From Lytechinus pictus (lineage: Eukaryota): a stretch of 64,000 nucleotides of DNA. Below the pieces are notes generated by a model. The model worked only from the letters and a program-made list of their open reading frames with translations, was not told where the DNA came from and did no database searches. Below are positions 1 to 13,300 of this stretch, one piece after another. The DNA is taken from NCBI RefSeq assembly GCF_037042905.1, contig NC_087251.1:11286001-11350000 (forward strand). Reading direction: 5' to 3'. The position numbers and the translations under genes are program-made. The stretch's first letter is position 1, and every line of letters begins with the position of its first letter.

Positions 1-185
1 ATTAACTCACTAGTATTGCCAATTTGTTTTATGTTAGGCCTATTATAAAAGAAAATTAGAGAGAGAGAAAAAAAAAACATACTCAGTTAAAAACATGCAG
101 GGACAGAGAAGAAAAAAAGATGAGGGTGGACTGGCGATATTCAGCAGGAAGAGCCCTGTGATTATTCTTAAGGCATGTTAAGAGC

Positions 186-480
186 ACTGGCAGATCGATC
201 CAGGGGGGGGGGCAGTGGCTCGTGTCCAGGCCCCCTCCCCCTTTGAGAGCCACAATAAAAATATTTACTGCAAATATGCCGTTTTTACACGAGTGTACCC
301 CCTTTTGAAAGTCACTGAATATATTTCTTTAATAGTAATAATATATTTCATACACAAAACAGACCCTTCTTTTTTTTTTTGCTTTTCAAATTTGACGTGG
401 ACGAAATTTCCTTCCATTTTAGGTGAAAACCCTTTTTTTTTTTGCTTGTCAAATTTTCTTCGGGAAAATGTGCCCCCCTT
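186..480. mobile_element. Truncated hAT-like MITE (CAnnGGCGGATCC-type end)
   Basis: Similar end and G/C runs to copies near 16711-16938, 52060-52112 and 59614-61038. Confidence 0.5.
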
Positions 481-1172
481 TTTGTCTCACCTGCATAGCA
501 GAGTGAGACTATAGGCACCACTTTTCCGACGACGGCGTCAACACCAAATCTTAACCGAAGGTCAAGTTTTTAGCTCATCCGGAAGGGCCAGATGAGCTTG
601 TGGCGTGGCGGTCTGTCGTCCGTCACACAAAATACTTCTTCTTTAATTGTTGACCGATTTTGATTTTTTTTCTTCCATCTGGTAGAACTTCATGAGGTTC
701 ACCAAACTTCTACACAGAAGATTGAAATTTTCATTAGAAAATTATTTATGCTAATTTATGCGAAATTTATTCATAAATCACATAAAATGCCCCTTCTTCT
801 TTATTTGTTGACAGATTTTGATTTTTTTTTCTTCCATCTGGTAGAGCTCCATAGGTTCACCAAAATTGTACACTAAATTTTGAAATTTTGTCTAGAAAAT
901 TATTCATGCTAATTTATGCAAAATTTATTCATAAATCACAAAAAATGTTTTTTCTCCTTTTTTTGTTGATCAATTTCAATTTTGTTTGCTTTATATGATA
1001 GCTCTAGGTGGTGATACAAAATTTCAACACAGAATTTTGAAACTCATTGAATATGCTAATTCATTCATATATTTTCAAAACTCACAAAAAATACTTATAT
1101 ATTTATTGATTGATTTTGATTATTTTTTTTGTTCCATCTGAGAGCTACATGAGGTTCACCAAGGTTCTACAG
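480..1172 (+). mobile_element. HINE/Helentron-like 5' fragment (same family as 5312) joined to a second element with ~170-bp internal tandem repeats
   Basis: 481-560 is nearly identical to 5315-5398; repeated unit gattttgattttttttcttccatctggtaga..gaggttcaccaaa near 655, 813 and 1112. Confidence 0.6.
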
Positions 1173-1231
1173 TTCGATCAGTTTCTTTTGGAACCCAGTT
1201 CATATAAAATTATATAATCTGTTATTTCCAG

Positions 1232-1335
1232 GTTCTGCAAATATCAGTGTAAAGCTAGATAATTCAGGATGGGCATGTCTTGTTTGCGATAGACGTCTTT
1301 TCATCTGGAGATACAAGCAGACACAGGCAGCTAGG
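1232..1335 (+). CDS. NUP133: Nup133 exon
   Basis: ttccag|..[34 protein letters not shown]|gtaatt. Confidence 0.92.
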
Positions 1336-4300
1336 GTAATTTATATATTATCTTTCCATATTAGCTTGTAATTTTCACCTTGTTCAACATGTAGTCACAT
1401 TGTTCATTTGCATGATTAATATGCTTGTATACTCCCTTGGATGATACTTTTATATTTTGGTATGATTGAATTTAGAAATAATGATAACAAAAATTAAACA
1501 ACAAAATTTCTTTCATTAATATCTTGTCCATAATTTTTAATTGATTTATAGATGATAACTTATTTGGTTTAATGTAGTTTGGTTTTGCCTGCAAAGCAGA
1601 AGCGAGACATGGTCACTGCTTTTCTTATGGCAGCTTTGATGACAGTGACATCGTCGACATCAAACTTTAAGTTTTTGAAAGGTCAACATATATTGTGAGA
1701 GTTCATGGTCCTGTGTCATGAAACAGATAACTGTATCGAGTCTCACTTAGGCAGTGTTGGATCAATGTAGAAATATTAATTGTCTCTCATTTAAACATTT
1801 GTATGAATAGAAATTCAGGTCATTTGGGTAAAGGTCAAAGGTAATTTTAAATAGAAAATTGTAATAGAAAATATTTCTTTCAATTTCAATTATCCAATGA
1901 AACTTGTGTATTAAAGATACAAATCAAATGACGTTAGTAGATTACATGTTACCATGTCAAGGTTAAAATCATTTGAGGATAACAGACTTTGGTTTTTATG
2001 GTTTTAAAAAAGAAGAAATGTTTTACTAATCTAAAAATGTATATCTAATGTTTTCATATATCATGAAGCTAGCATGGAGAAAAAAATTAGGTCAATGGCC
2101 TGTTTCAAGGTCAAAGGTCAATATCAGGTCGATTTATGTAAAGTCGGATAAAATGTACTACATATATTTTTATAAAATGTGATTTAAACAAATGTTCAAT
2201 TTCTGTTAAAGTATAGATTGGCATGTGTTATCAACTGGCACTTCCAGCTACAGAGCTATGTCACCGAGCAGACCTCACATGCCTGATTCCCACAGGGGGA
2301 GGCAGCAGTGGGGCCAACAGTCAGATGGTCTCTGTCCTTGCTGTATCTCCAGAGGGAGTTGTTCGCTACTGGCCTACAGCCCACAGAGAGATTGCTTACT
2401 CAGAGCGAAGTTTAGAGCTTGCTGGCCAAGAGTGCTTTTCCCTGACTGCGTTTGGGGTGAGATCATTGGATTTGTGATTTTAAAATTATTGAATATCAGC
2501 GGTGCAGTATATAACTACACAAGCTGGATATTGATACACATTAATGGTATTTGTATGATGTCGATAATGTGACTTTTTTTCGCAGAGGTTATATACATAA
2601 TGTACATGACCATTCACCTCAAAACCAGCAATAAGCAATCATGGAAGGTTATCTGTAGGAAGCCAAGATGTTTGCAGTTTTTCTGAACCCTTTGAAAATA
2701 ATATGAAATCATAAATCTTAACAAACATCAAGTTACAAGAAATATTTATGAGGACTGCTATTGCTACTCATTTATTAGTGTGGAAACTATGACATTATTT
2801 TCCTTCCAATTTTTTGTGTAGGTTATGAAGACTATTTAATCTTTGGTAAATATTTATTTCTTCTTTGACAGAATTAAGATATTTTTAAAAGCATTTAAAA
2901 ATAACTTGTCAAAATTACCATCTCATACCTCTATATGTTCCTTTTTGTGCAGAAACACCAGTGTATATTGGCAACTACTACAAATCAATTGATGATGATC
3001 TCTGTGTCACCTTCAACCATGCAGGTATATGTTGTTTTTCTTAGTTTGCTGCGAGTTTCTTCTTGAAAATATGACTTAAAATTATTGCTTAAAAATTGTA
3101 AACATACATTTTGATTTTTCGGAAAGAATACATTTTGATTTTTCGGAAAGAATACATTTGTATACTATTGTTAATGTACCTTGTGATAAAAATGGTGCAG
3201 TGCATTAATTCAGAGATGCTATAAATAGACATTATGTTGTAGCGTTTGGATAGCAAATTAAGTATTCTTTCATATTGAACATGGTAAAAAAATAATCCAT
3301 ATTCGCCGGATAAAGCTAGGTATAATTTTATAAGTTTGTTAATCTTAGTCTATAATAAGAGGATTCGGATCTGAATATAATAGGCAGTTTATTCCCTTTT
3401 TTGCCCACAGTAACTTAAGTATTTAATCCTGTAATTCTGAAAATACAATGCTTCAATCATTTTGACAATGAGATTTTTCATTTTTGTTTTGAATATAAAG
3501 ATGTTAACAAGATCATAAAAAGAGTTGCGATAGATTCATATCAATTTTTAAATGGCACATACCATGTGTCATTTAACATGTTGTGTCGGTGGAAGAATGC
3601 CCTTAACACCCCACTTTTGTTCATCCTATGCATGCAAAAACGCCTTTAGCAGCACAAATAAATGTATTGTGTAAGGGCATTTCTGTAGTGCACGAAAATG
3701 CTTTGCTATGGTGTTCTTGAACCGACATGACGTTATCTAGGTGCTTCCAAAGGGAATTGAATATTGCTACCTTAGCTGTAGACCAGCAAGCCTTTTGCAG
3801 AGCACGAGTATTTCAAGGAGTGAATTCCTGCCATGTACCCATCTACCTGGGTTGTGTGCAGCACACCCAGAGTCAATTTATCATTGAAGGAAATTATGGA
3901 ATGGCTGGGATTTGAACCCATGACCCTCTTTTTCAAAGTCCAGAGACTAATCCTATGCAAAATTCATGCCTCACCATTTTCTTGTTATCTTCCAGTCTCA
4001 AGTTGAAGTCCATACATTGAAATCCAGTCAGGGAATGATAGCGAGGGTATCTTCATTTCTCTTCGGAGCTCAGAAAGATGAAACATCTGTGAGTATCCCA
4101 ATAACCCATCTCCAATTCCTCATCTCCAATTCCTCAAAAAGAAAGCTAAAATTTGCTTTTGTTTGAACACCTTGAAATATGTATTTAGCGGTCTATAAAT
4201 AAATTTATTACTATTATTCTTATTGTTATTTATTATTATCCTAGTTGTTTCTTGTTAACTTTGTTAAATTTCATCTTGTTCTCAGCTTTATTTGTTGTTG

Positions 4301-7300
4301 ACAGGCCTTGTAGATTTGATTCTTTCTAATGTTTATTTTTGCCATATAGTCACATTTGTTTTTATTTTATCACATTAATTTTTTATTACTCTTGAATCTT
4401 ATTATCATCATTCATAATAAGGACAAAATTATGGAATATTGGAAAGACAAATATTTGATTGACAAGACTTAATCAGAATACTCACTTAAATGATAATCTT
4501 TATTTATTCTAAAGTACCCATTGTGAAAATTACAGGGCTGGATGAGAAATCAGCTCTCTTGAGTATTCAGTGATCTCATGAGCGTACATTATGATAATCT
4601 CAAACTACTGATAAGATTCACATAAATAGGTGATCATTCAAATTCATCATGAATTGTCGGAAATTTGACGGTTTTATGCAGGGTCTTAGACGGGTTCTTG
4701 CTGGTTCTGCAGAGGCTTCGGGATACCCTCTTTACATCCTCCAAGACTCGGTCCTTCAGAAGTGGTTTATATCAGGACCTGGTCAGGAACAGGTAAGGGA
4801 AAGCTCATGTACTTGTAAATACAAGGCTTCAATCAATCCAAGGTATCCAAAGTATCTTGAAATGATTTCGTCAACTTCCCAAATATCAATTTTTATCCAT
4901 AAACAAATCATTGCCATAATTTCACAAATCTGTCGATGAGACTAGCTACATATTCACACAGTTTCTCTATTTTTTACTGTTTGTGCTCTGCAGTGCATGA
5001 ATGAAGTATTTGATCTCGAACCAAAAAAGAGAGTTTCACTTTTACTCTGTGTGGCAAATTTATAATGAAAACATTCGGTTATTTCACTAGTATCTATCTC
5101 TGAAAAATGGGGTTCCTTTGGACACACAGGACACACTAGATATGTATTCATAGTATCATCTTGATGTACTCTAATATTCTTGTACCACAAAAGTGCCAAT
5201 AATGGATTGTCAAGATACTCAAGGCTAACTATTGTCAGTGTGTTTTTATATTGTCCATGTAAATTTGCATGTTTATTTAAATGCTTATCAAAATTATCAT
5301 CTGTTTCATTCTTTTTTGTCTCACCTGCATAGCAGAGTGAGACTATAGGCGCCGCTTTTCCGACGGCGGCGGCGGCGTCAACACCAAATCTTAACCTGAG
5401 GTTAAGTTTTTGAAATGACAGCATAACTTAGAAAGTATATGGACCTAGTTCATGAAACTTATACATAAGGTTAATCAAGTATCACTGAACATCCTGCATG
5501 AGTTTCACGACACATGACCAAGGTCAAAGGTCATTTAGGGTCAATGAACTTTGGCCGAATTGGGGGTATCTGTTGAATTACCATCATAACTTTGAAAGTT
5601 TATGGATCTGATTCATGAAACTTGGACATAATAGTAATCAAGTATTACTTAACATCCTGTGCAAGTTTCAGGTCACATGATCAAGGTCAAAGGTCATTTA
5701 GGGTCAATGAACTTTGGCCAAATTGGGGTATTTGTTGAATTACAGCCATAAATTTGAAAGTGTGTTGGTCTAGTTCATAAAACTTGGACATAAGAGTAAT
5801 CAAGTATCACTGAACATCCTGTGCGAGTTTCAGGTCACATGATCAAGGTCAAAGGTCATGTAAGGTCAAAGAACTTTGGCCACGTTGGGGGTATTTGTTG
5901 AATTGCCATCATATCTCTATAAGTGTATTGGTCTAATTCATAAAACGTGGAAATACGAGTAACCAAGTATCACTGAACATCTTGTGCGAGTTATAGTAGT
6001 TTTCAAAATCAGCACTGCTGCTATATTGAATCGCGCGATGCAGGTGAGACGGCCAGAGGCATTCCACTTGTTTATTATACTTCGTCATTATGTTTACATG
6101 TTTTCTTGTCAGATTTTTTTCATAGAAATAGAATTAAGTTAGGAATGTAATTTATTGGCATTTAATTGATGTCCATTTATGTTTATTTTGTCCTGTTATC
6201 CAAAGGTTGTGTATGAAAAGCAGTTAGATGGACTTTTCAAGCAACAGTTTCAAAGAGAAATGGTAAGAAATTCATTGTATTACTTCATTGATTCTTTACC
6301 AAATGTGCATTTATAAAGATATGCATGATTATTTATGTTGCATTTGGTTTTCAAGATCTGTATAATTCATAACAAATATGAAATGATATAAACATGATAC
6401 AAAAAGACCGTTATGTAAGCATAAAGTTTTGAATGCGTGACAGAAATAGAAAAAAAGGTAAATAATCTATTCATTCATGCATTTATTCATTCATTCATTC
6501 ATTTATGTATTCATTCATTCATGGCTAACAAAAATCACAAGACAAAGGAATTGCAATTTGTTGTGGCTTTTATTAAATAGAGATGAATGTGTATCTTTAC
6601 AACTTTTGCTTTTGTTGTTACAAGTAAATCCTTAATATCACATTATAATGTCTGAAACCAACCAATTCACTTACAGTCCTCCCAACATTTGATAGTCAAA
6701 GTTCATGAAACCTTCCTCAAAATCCATGTTATTTAATCAAGCTTCATGATATATCATTACAGCGGCCCTCTATCCGGCTCTTCATCCGAAATGTCACATA
6801 TTCTAGATTTTAAGAAGTATTTCAAATGGCAAATATGAAACACATTATGCTGAAACAGAAATTCATACTTTGTTAAACTTTCACAAGATTCACCTTTCAT
6901 ATATACACATGTCATGTAAATTTAGGTCATCATTGAAGCTCCTGATAAAATCTACTCTTTCATCTTTGCAACAGTGCATGTTTGTTCAAAGGACTTTTTT
7001 TTTTCTTTTCTTTTTTAGATCATGAACCTCTTCTGCACAATCAAGTCATGCAAAGTTGTTTTTTTTTCATGCTGGATCTCACTTTGGATTTAGTTTTGAT
7101 CAGAAAACTAAACATTCGTTCAAACTCCGCTTTGCTATGAAAAATAACAAGCATTGATTTCATGAGTGTTGAGAGATGATATTCCTCAGTCAAGTATAGA
7201 TCATGTTTCCAAGGAGGTGCCACTGCTTGTCCACTCTTTTACAAGTTAAGATTTCCTTTGGGAATTCCTCTAATTGGAAAGAGATTGATTCTTTCTATAG

Positions 7301-10300
7301 TTCATCCAACTTTTCAGCTTTGCTGAAGCCAAGACACTGCATTCTCTGTGCAGTAGAAGGCCCTCACTTTGCGGAAGAACAAGACCCTGTCTATGAGTTT
7401 ATTTAGAGTGGAAATCAGTGTCTGGTGAGGAATACATGGCTCATCTTTCTGCAGGAGAAGATTTGCTTCATCAAACACTGGTAGAATAGTGCTCAGAAAT
7501 AAGCAATACAAATTGATGGTTTCATCATTCAGAGCATGACATACTCTTTCAAGTCTCCCCTGCCTTTTAGGTCAGGTAGTGCTAAGATTGAACTTTAAGC
7601 ATGACACAATTACTTCAGCTTAACAGCGTTCTTAAAAAAAATGTATGTACAAATAGGTCTCCCTCACCAAGGTACCGAGTGGGGACCTGCGTATCACATA
7701 ATAACATGAGAACATAATTTATTAAAATCAACATGTCTGCCCTGGCATGGTATGGTATACCCCACTCAAATTTAAATGCATAAGTAGTAAATTTCAACAA
7801 CCAACAATATAACACTGCCCTAGTCACCTCAACAAAACCGAGTCCATTGACATACCATCAGACATACTGGAGCCGGCCTCGCCGATGTGACTGTGGGGAA
7901 ATGCATAAATGAATACACAATTACGGTATTACTAGCCAAATTTCAACTCACTGATGAATTTATCCAGCCCTTCACCGGCCAGATGTTCATCAGCCCTGAA
8001 TAGTGAAATGTTATTTTGAGTTATTGAAGGATGTGAAATGACTCTCCCATTGTATCCCGATGCCAAGGTCTGTGCGTATCTATTCGTAGCCCTCTTCGAG
8101 TCCAACTTGCCTTAATTCCCTGGACCATCACAGTTATAACAGACCTGCTAAAAAATGTCTGACCATTAAATAAATATATTTCTCATGTTGGAGACACATA
8201 GATAATAAGTTTCACAGAGCCAGCTCGCTTCTAGGAAGGACCTCAATGTCATTGTTTCCGACATGTGTTACCACAACTGATGGCTTCAGCTCATCCCATC
8301 CAATTATCTCTATCCAGTCTTTTACTCCCCCAAGAGGGAGACCCCTTTTGATTCCCTGGACCATCGCAGTTATACCAGACCTGCTCAAAAATGTCTGACC
8401 ATATAAACAGAATATTTCTCATGTTGGAGACACATAGCTGACAAGTTTCACAAGCCAGCTACCAAGTTTCACAAGCCAGCTACCTTCTCGAAAGGACCTC
8501 AATGTCATTGGTTCCTACATGCGTTATCACAACTGACTGCTTCAGCTCAAGCCGTCCAATTCTCTCTATCCAGTCTTTTACTCCCCCAAGAGGGAGACCC
8601 CTCTTACCACACCAGCGAATGGATGTTCCCATTCCAAGATCAGCCTCACCTGTCTCCTCTGCTGGGCCCAAAAATAAACAGTCTCTCTGATTTTCAATAC
8701 CGCTGCTTCAGGAGAAAATGAGGAAAAGGGACTGGTAGAACTCTGAAGCATGATATGCATGAGCCCAGCTAAGGGCCTGCTACCCATTTGCATGCGTTCC
8801 CCATGAGCAGTACCACTTTAAACGGTCTATCCAACTTATGCCCTCCTCACCCCTTTACACCTGAAGGTATAGTTAGCACATCTTTATACGAACAAACATT
8901 GGGAAACATAATTTTCTTCATTACTGTAATGTGAGTCATAGTCAGGAATTCTTTAAATGATAAATTAACAGGAGGCATCTCATTATATTTGCTAACATCA
9001 AAAAGTTAATATAGTATAACATATTTATAGTAACCACTCAAGACTCTGTTGTCAATTATGTGACGTCTGCAGTGTATTTCCTTTTTATAATCTCCTCATT
9101 TATGCAAAAAGTGTTGAAAATGTTTCCATAAAGACTTGTGAACTTGCACAGTGTATGTTTAATACAAAGTTGCTGTCTTAACTGTTAATGGCAAACTGAA
9201 TATTTCTAGGAACAAGAAATGCATAACCAAGTTGAAATTTCAACATTCAAAGTAACTCCAAACAGGCTGTAAAGTCTAACGCTAAGACTAACAAACAGCT
9301 ATTTTAAATACAGGTTTGCTATCATCTTTTTACCTTGAGTAGTAATTTATGGTAACATTGCATTTATTCAGCACAAGTGGGCTTTGTGTGTGTTGTAGCT
9401 GCATTCTGTGAGACATCGTCGGTGTGGAGCTGCTGGAGCCATGTCCCTGAGCCACAGTAATGCCAATCACTGGTGCTAGCATACCAGTATTCCCTGTCTC
9501 TTGAAGTGATAGACTTCTTCAACCACTTCTTGGGAGCTACTTGAAAATGTGAAATCATATCCCAAATCAAAGTTTATTTCTTGCATGGAGTGAAGAATAA
9601 TACTAGTAGATGGCGACATGGTTGTCAGATCTACTATTATATGTAGACCTAGATCATCTTAAGCAGGTTGAAGATCAACATTACTTGGTGATGCTATACT
9701 GAGTGTTTGCTGATGCTGCTGGTAGTGGTACCGTTGATGGAATTGTTGCAAGCTTTTGGGTCGGAATTTTTCTAAGTGAGTGTAAGAGAGCTGTCTGGTG
9801 TAGCTCGCGATCCTCCCTGCATTCTTATGGCCTGAAACTTAACATATTTCCCTTGCGGCAAATCCTGTCCTATCCTATCTAGGATAGAGATATATTTAGC
9901 CCAATAGCAATGGTTGGTGTACACTTTTGACAAGTCTGCCATCTTTGACATCTCACACATGAATTTACCAATGGTATTCTTCCCCACAGGCCACTTATTA
10001 TACCAAGGTCCAGATTCTGGTGCAACTGAATTTGGCATTTTGAAGAGTGCATCACATTTAGGATGTTAAAGTGCAATGTACTTTTCGAAGGATTTTACTG
10101 GACATCTCGTACATTCCCCCAGCTTCTATTCTTGAAAACATATTGTCCTCACAAACTTTACTTGGTTAGTTCATCAGGCTGCATGTCTGATGAAGTCCAT
10201 ATACTTCATGAGCTCCTTGCTCATTTCAATGTGCTTCTGAGTATATATTGAAGCAAATACTACAAACACTGTAGTACCTTGGTCCACTGACAAAATTTTC

Positions 10301-13300
10301 TTGTTCCCTGATTGCAGTTGAAGCTGTTAACCAAAACCAAATTCTGATTGACACAAATGCCAAGTAGTGTCACCTACACCCAATGATGACCCTAAATAAT
10401 CACATGTGCTGGTATTTTGTTTGAGAAGCACACCCAAATTAACATATTCACCAATCAAAATCATCCACCAAATTTTTATTTCATTGACACAGCCACTTTG
10501 GCACTTGAATTGTTGCAAGCGCTAACAAATGGCTCCGGTGCCCCTACCATTGCAGGAGATCTAGTCACTGCATATGGGGGGGGGGGGGGCAGATCACTTA
10601 ACACTAACCTCTAATATAGCTGTCCCCGCTGACCCTGCCCAAAACGAAACAGCCAGTTGGTCCTGCCCCAATCCACTGGTAGCCGTTTCATGAGTTACTA
10701 CATGTATCTCAGGCCATGCCATCAAACCCACATTCGTCTGGCCTACCAAGGCTCGATTATCAACCCCTCCTTCACAAGTAAGGGAGGAAACAAAACGCAC
10801 CATTCTGCTTCTTTGCTCCACCATTGCCACTTCCCAACCGTAAAGGAGCTGATACCCCCCTTGGCCGGACAGGCCGCCTCTCTGATGCTTCAGCCCGTCT
10901 TTGTACCAGCAGCATCTGACTCGAGTCAACCCAACCCCGCCAACCTTCCTAATCAAAACAAACCATTATGAGTATTTTGTCAGCCAGCTAATTAATCTTA
11001 AATCGTCAAGCTATCTTAAAATCCATTATTTATTTATTTATTGCTTTTGTTTTCTTTATTAGGTTATTTCTTTCAATTTTTTGCAATTTGTTTGTCTTTT
11101 TGTTTATTTACTTATTACTATAATGTATTGCAGATTTGAAATGTCAGTGTAACAAAATAATATATTTTTATCCTAGGGTTCATCTTCCATGGAAAGCATC
11201 AAAGTGTGGCTGCTTGATATTCAGCTTATCTCAAAGTAAGTCAAATTACCATGGCAACCAATTTAGTCCCAATTATTTTCTTTCTCTCTCTCTATTGGGA
11301 AAAGAAATAAGTTCACAAATTATCTAATTGCTGTTTAGACCTGACATGCAACAAAGACAAAGTTTATACTATGTTAGAGACAAGATATCATTGCTTGACT
11401 TGACCTGACATGTAGGTAATAAATTACTTGTACATATGGAATATGAATATGGTATGGTATTTTTGTCTATATCTTGCTATCTACCCCCCCCCCCCCCCAC
11501 TCACTTTCTCTCTCTATATATATATCTTCCTCTCTTCTTTATTTTTTTTTTTTCATATCTCTTGTTCTCTGCTTGTTCACAGCATTGCTGTCATTCTAGC
11601 AGGAGCAGTAAACACATCATCCCCAAACCAAAAGGTTAAGATTGCTATTGGTAAGTTATGCTATTTATAAAATAAGTTGTAATAAGGTTGTAATTGTGGC
11701 TGCTATTATGTATTCATATACATTTGATTAGAAGATGAAATGTTTTATGCAGTCAAAAAAGCATCAGACCATAAAAATTTGATTGATATCAATGAAACTA
11801 TTGGCTGAAATATCACTATTTCAATAACTTTTTCCATATATGTTACAAATTAAGACTTTCAGATTTATATTCTTGAACCTAAACCCACATGTTCATACAT
11901 TTGTGATGTAACAAAATAAATATAATTTTGAATCTAATATTATTAAACAACCGTCATATGTTTTACCTCTGAACAGTCAAATCTGTCCTTTTTTTTCCCC
12001 TTTAGTAGCTATTTAATGTTTTTTTTTAAAAGATGTGATACTGCAGTTGATTTGATATGATACCAGTGTGTTATGATTTATTCACTGCAGCTACCCTGAA
12101 GGTTCAAGTCAACACAGACACACCAACAAAACTTGAAAGCTTTGTTATGGTATCAACACCTCAACAGGTTGGTTAAAGTTTTATACGACTTTTGAATTCT
12201 TTGTTTTAATTTCTACTTGCTTTGGTTTGTTTCTTGTTTGTGGGACCTTAATGATATCATTATGTGGTGATAGCGAATCTGTTGATGATGATTATGGTGG
12301 TTATGATAGTGGTGGTGATGGTGATGGTGGTTCTTTATGGTTGTGTAAACTATATAACTTCAGAAGATTTTAAGTTTTTCTTCCCCTGCACTATAGATAG
12401 TTTCCAGAGGCATAATGTTCCTGAGCTAGCTGTTTCTTGTCTATTATGATAATATTTAAAACCATGTAATAGAACAATTCCAAACTAGGCCTGTTTATGA
12501 ATCTTTAATATATTATACTCTAATTTAGTTTGCAGGCGTCAAGGTCAATGGTCACATCAGTCATATACCTAAAAACATCTGATCACGTATACTAAACAAC
12601 ATTTTAGAAAATCAATTTCAAATTTTGCTCATATGCTTACAGAAGTCTATAGTCTGATTAGGTATTACACTGTTAATTGACAATTTTAGGAGGTAAGTGT
12701 GGTGATGGTATACATTTTGACCAGACTCAGTCAATCTGTTTTTATTCGTTTCAGGATTCACATGATGAGAATGCCCTTGAAAAACATCTCTTGCTTGCTA
12801 ACCACGGAGGCTCACATTGTTACATCTACTCACAGCACTCTGTAATATGCTGCTCAGGTAAGAAATGTTAATGCTAGTGTAGGTGTTAGTGTAAGTGTTA
12901 GTATTAGTCTCTTGCGAAGAGAGAAATAGCCAGTCAGTGTGCTTGTGTGATGTTTACTTTTATCACACCTCTTCATCGACGTTGTGAAAAGTAAGCACAT
13001 TGGAAATTGCTTTTTACTTTTACCACCCCTGCATTGCTTCATGTGTATTGCTTAGCAAAAACTAGTACATCAACTTGCAACACTTCTATACTTTTAGCTA
13101 AAAAGCTCTCGTGTTAGTATTTTTAGTGTTTTCTTTTTTAATCAAGGTTTGCATTGTTACAATATTGATGTCTGCTGCTTGATGTTGGTGTGTATGATGG
13201 TCTAAGCATTTAAGTATTCTATTATGTTTTATTTTTTCGCACTATATACAGCTTTAATGTGATCTGTTATAACTTCATATCATTTGTGATTAACATCAAT

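Noticed and set aside
4954..5424. 156-aa minus-strand ORF
   Set aside because: Starts inside a HINE-like repeat, is antisense to a Nup133 intron and shows no recognisable domain
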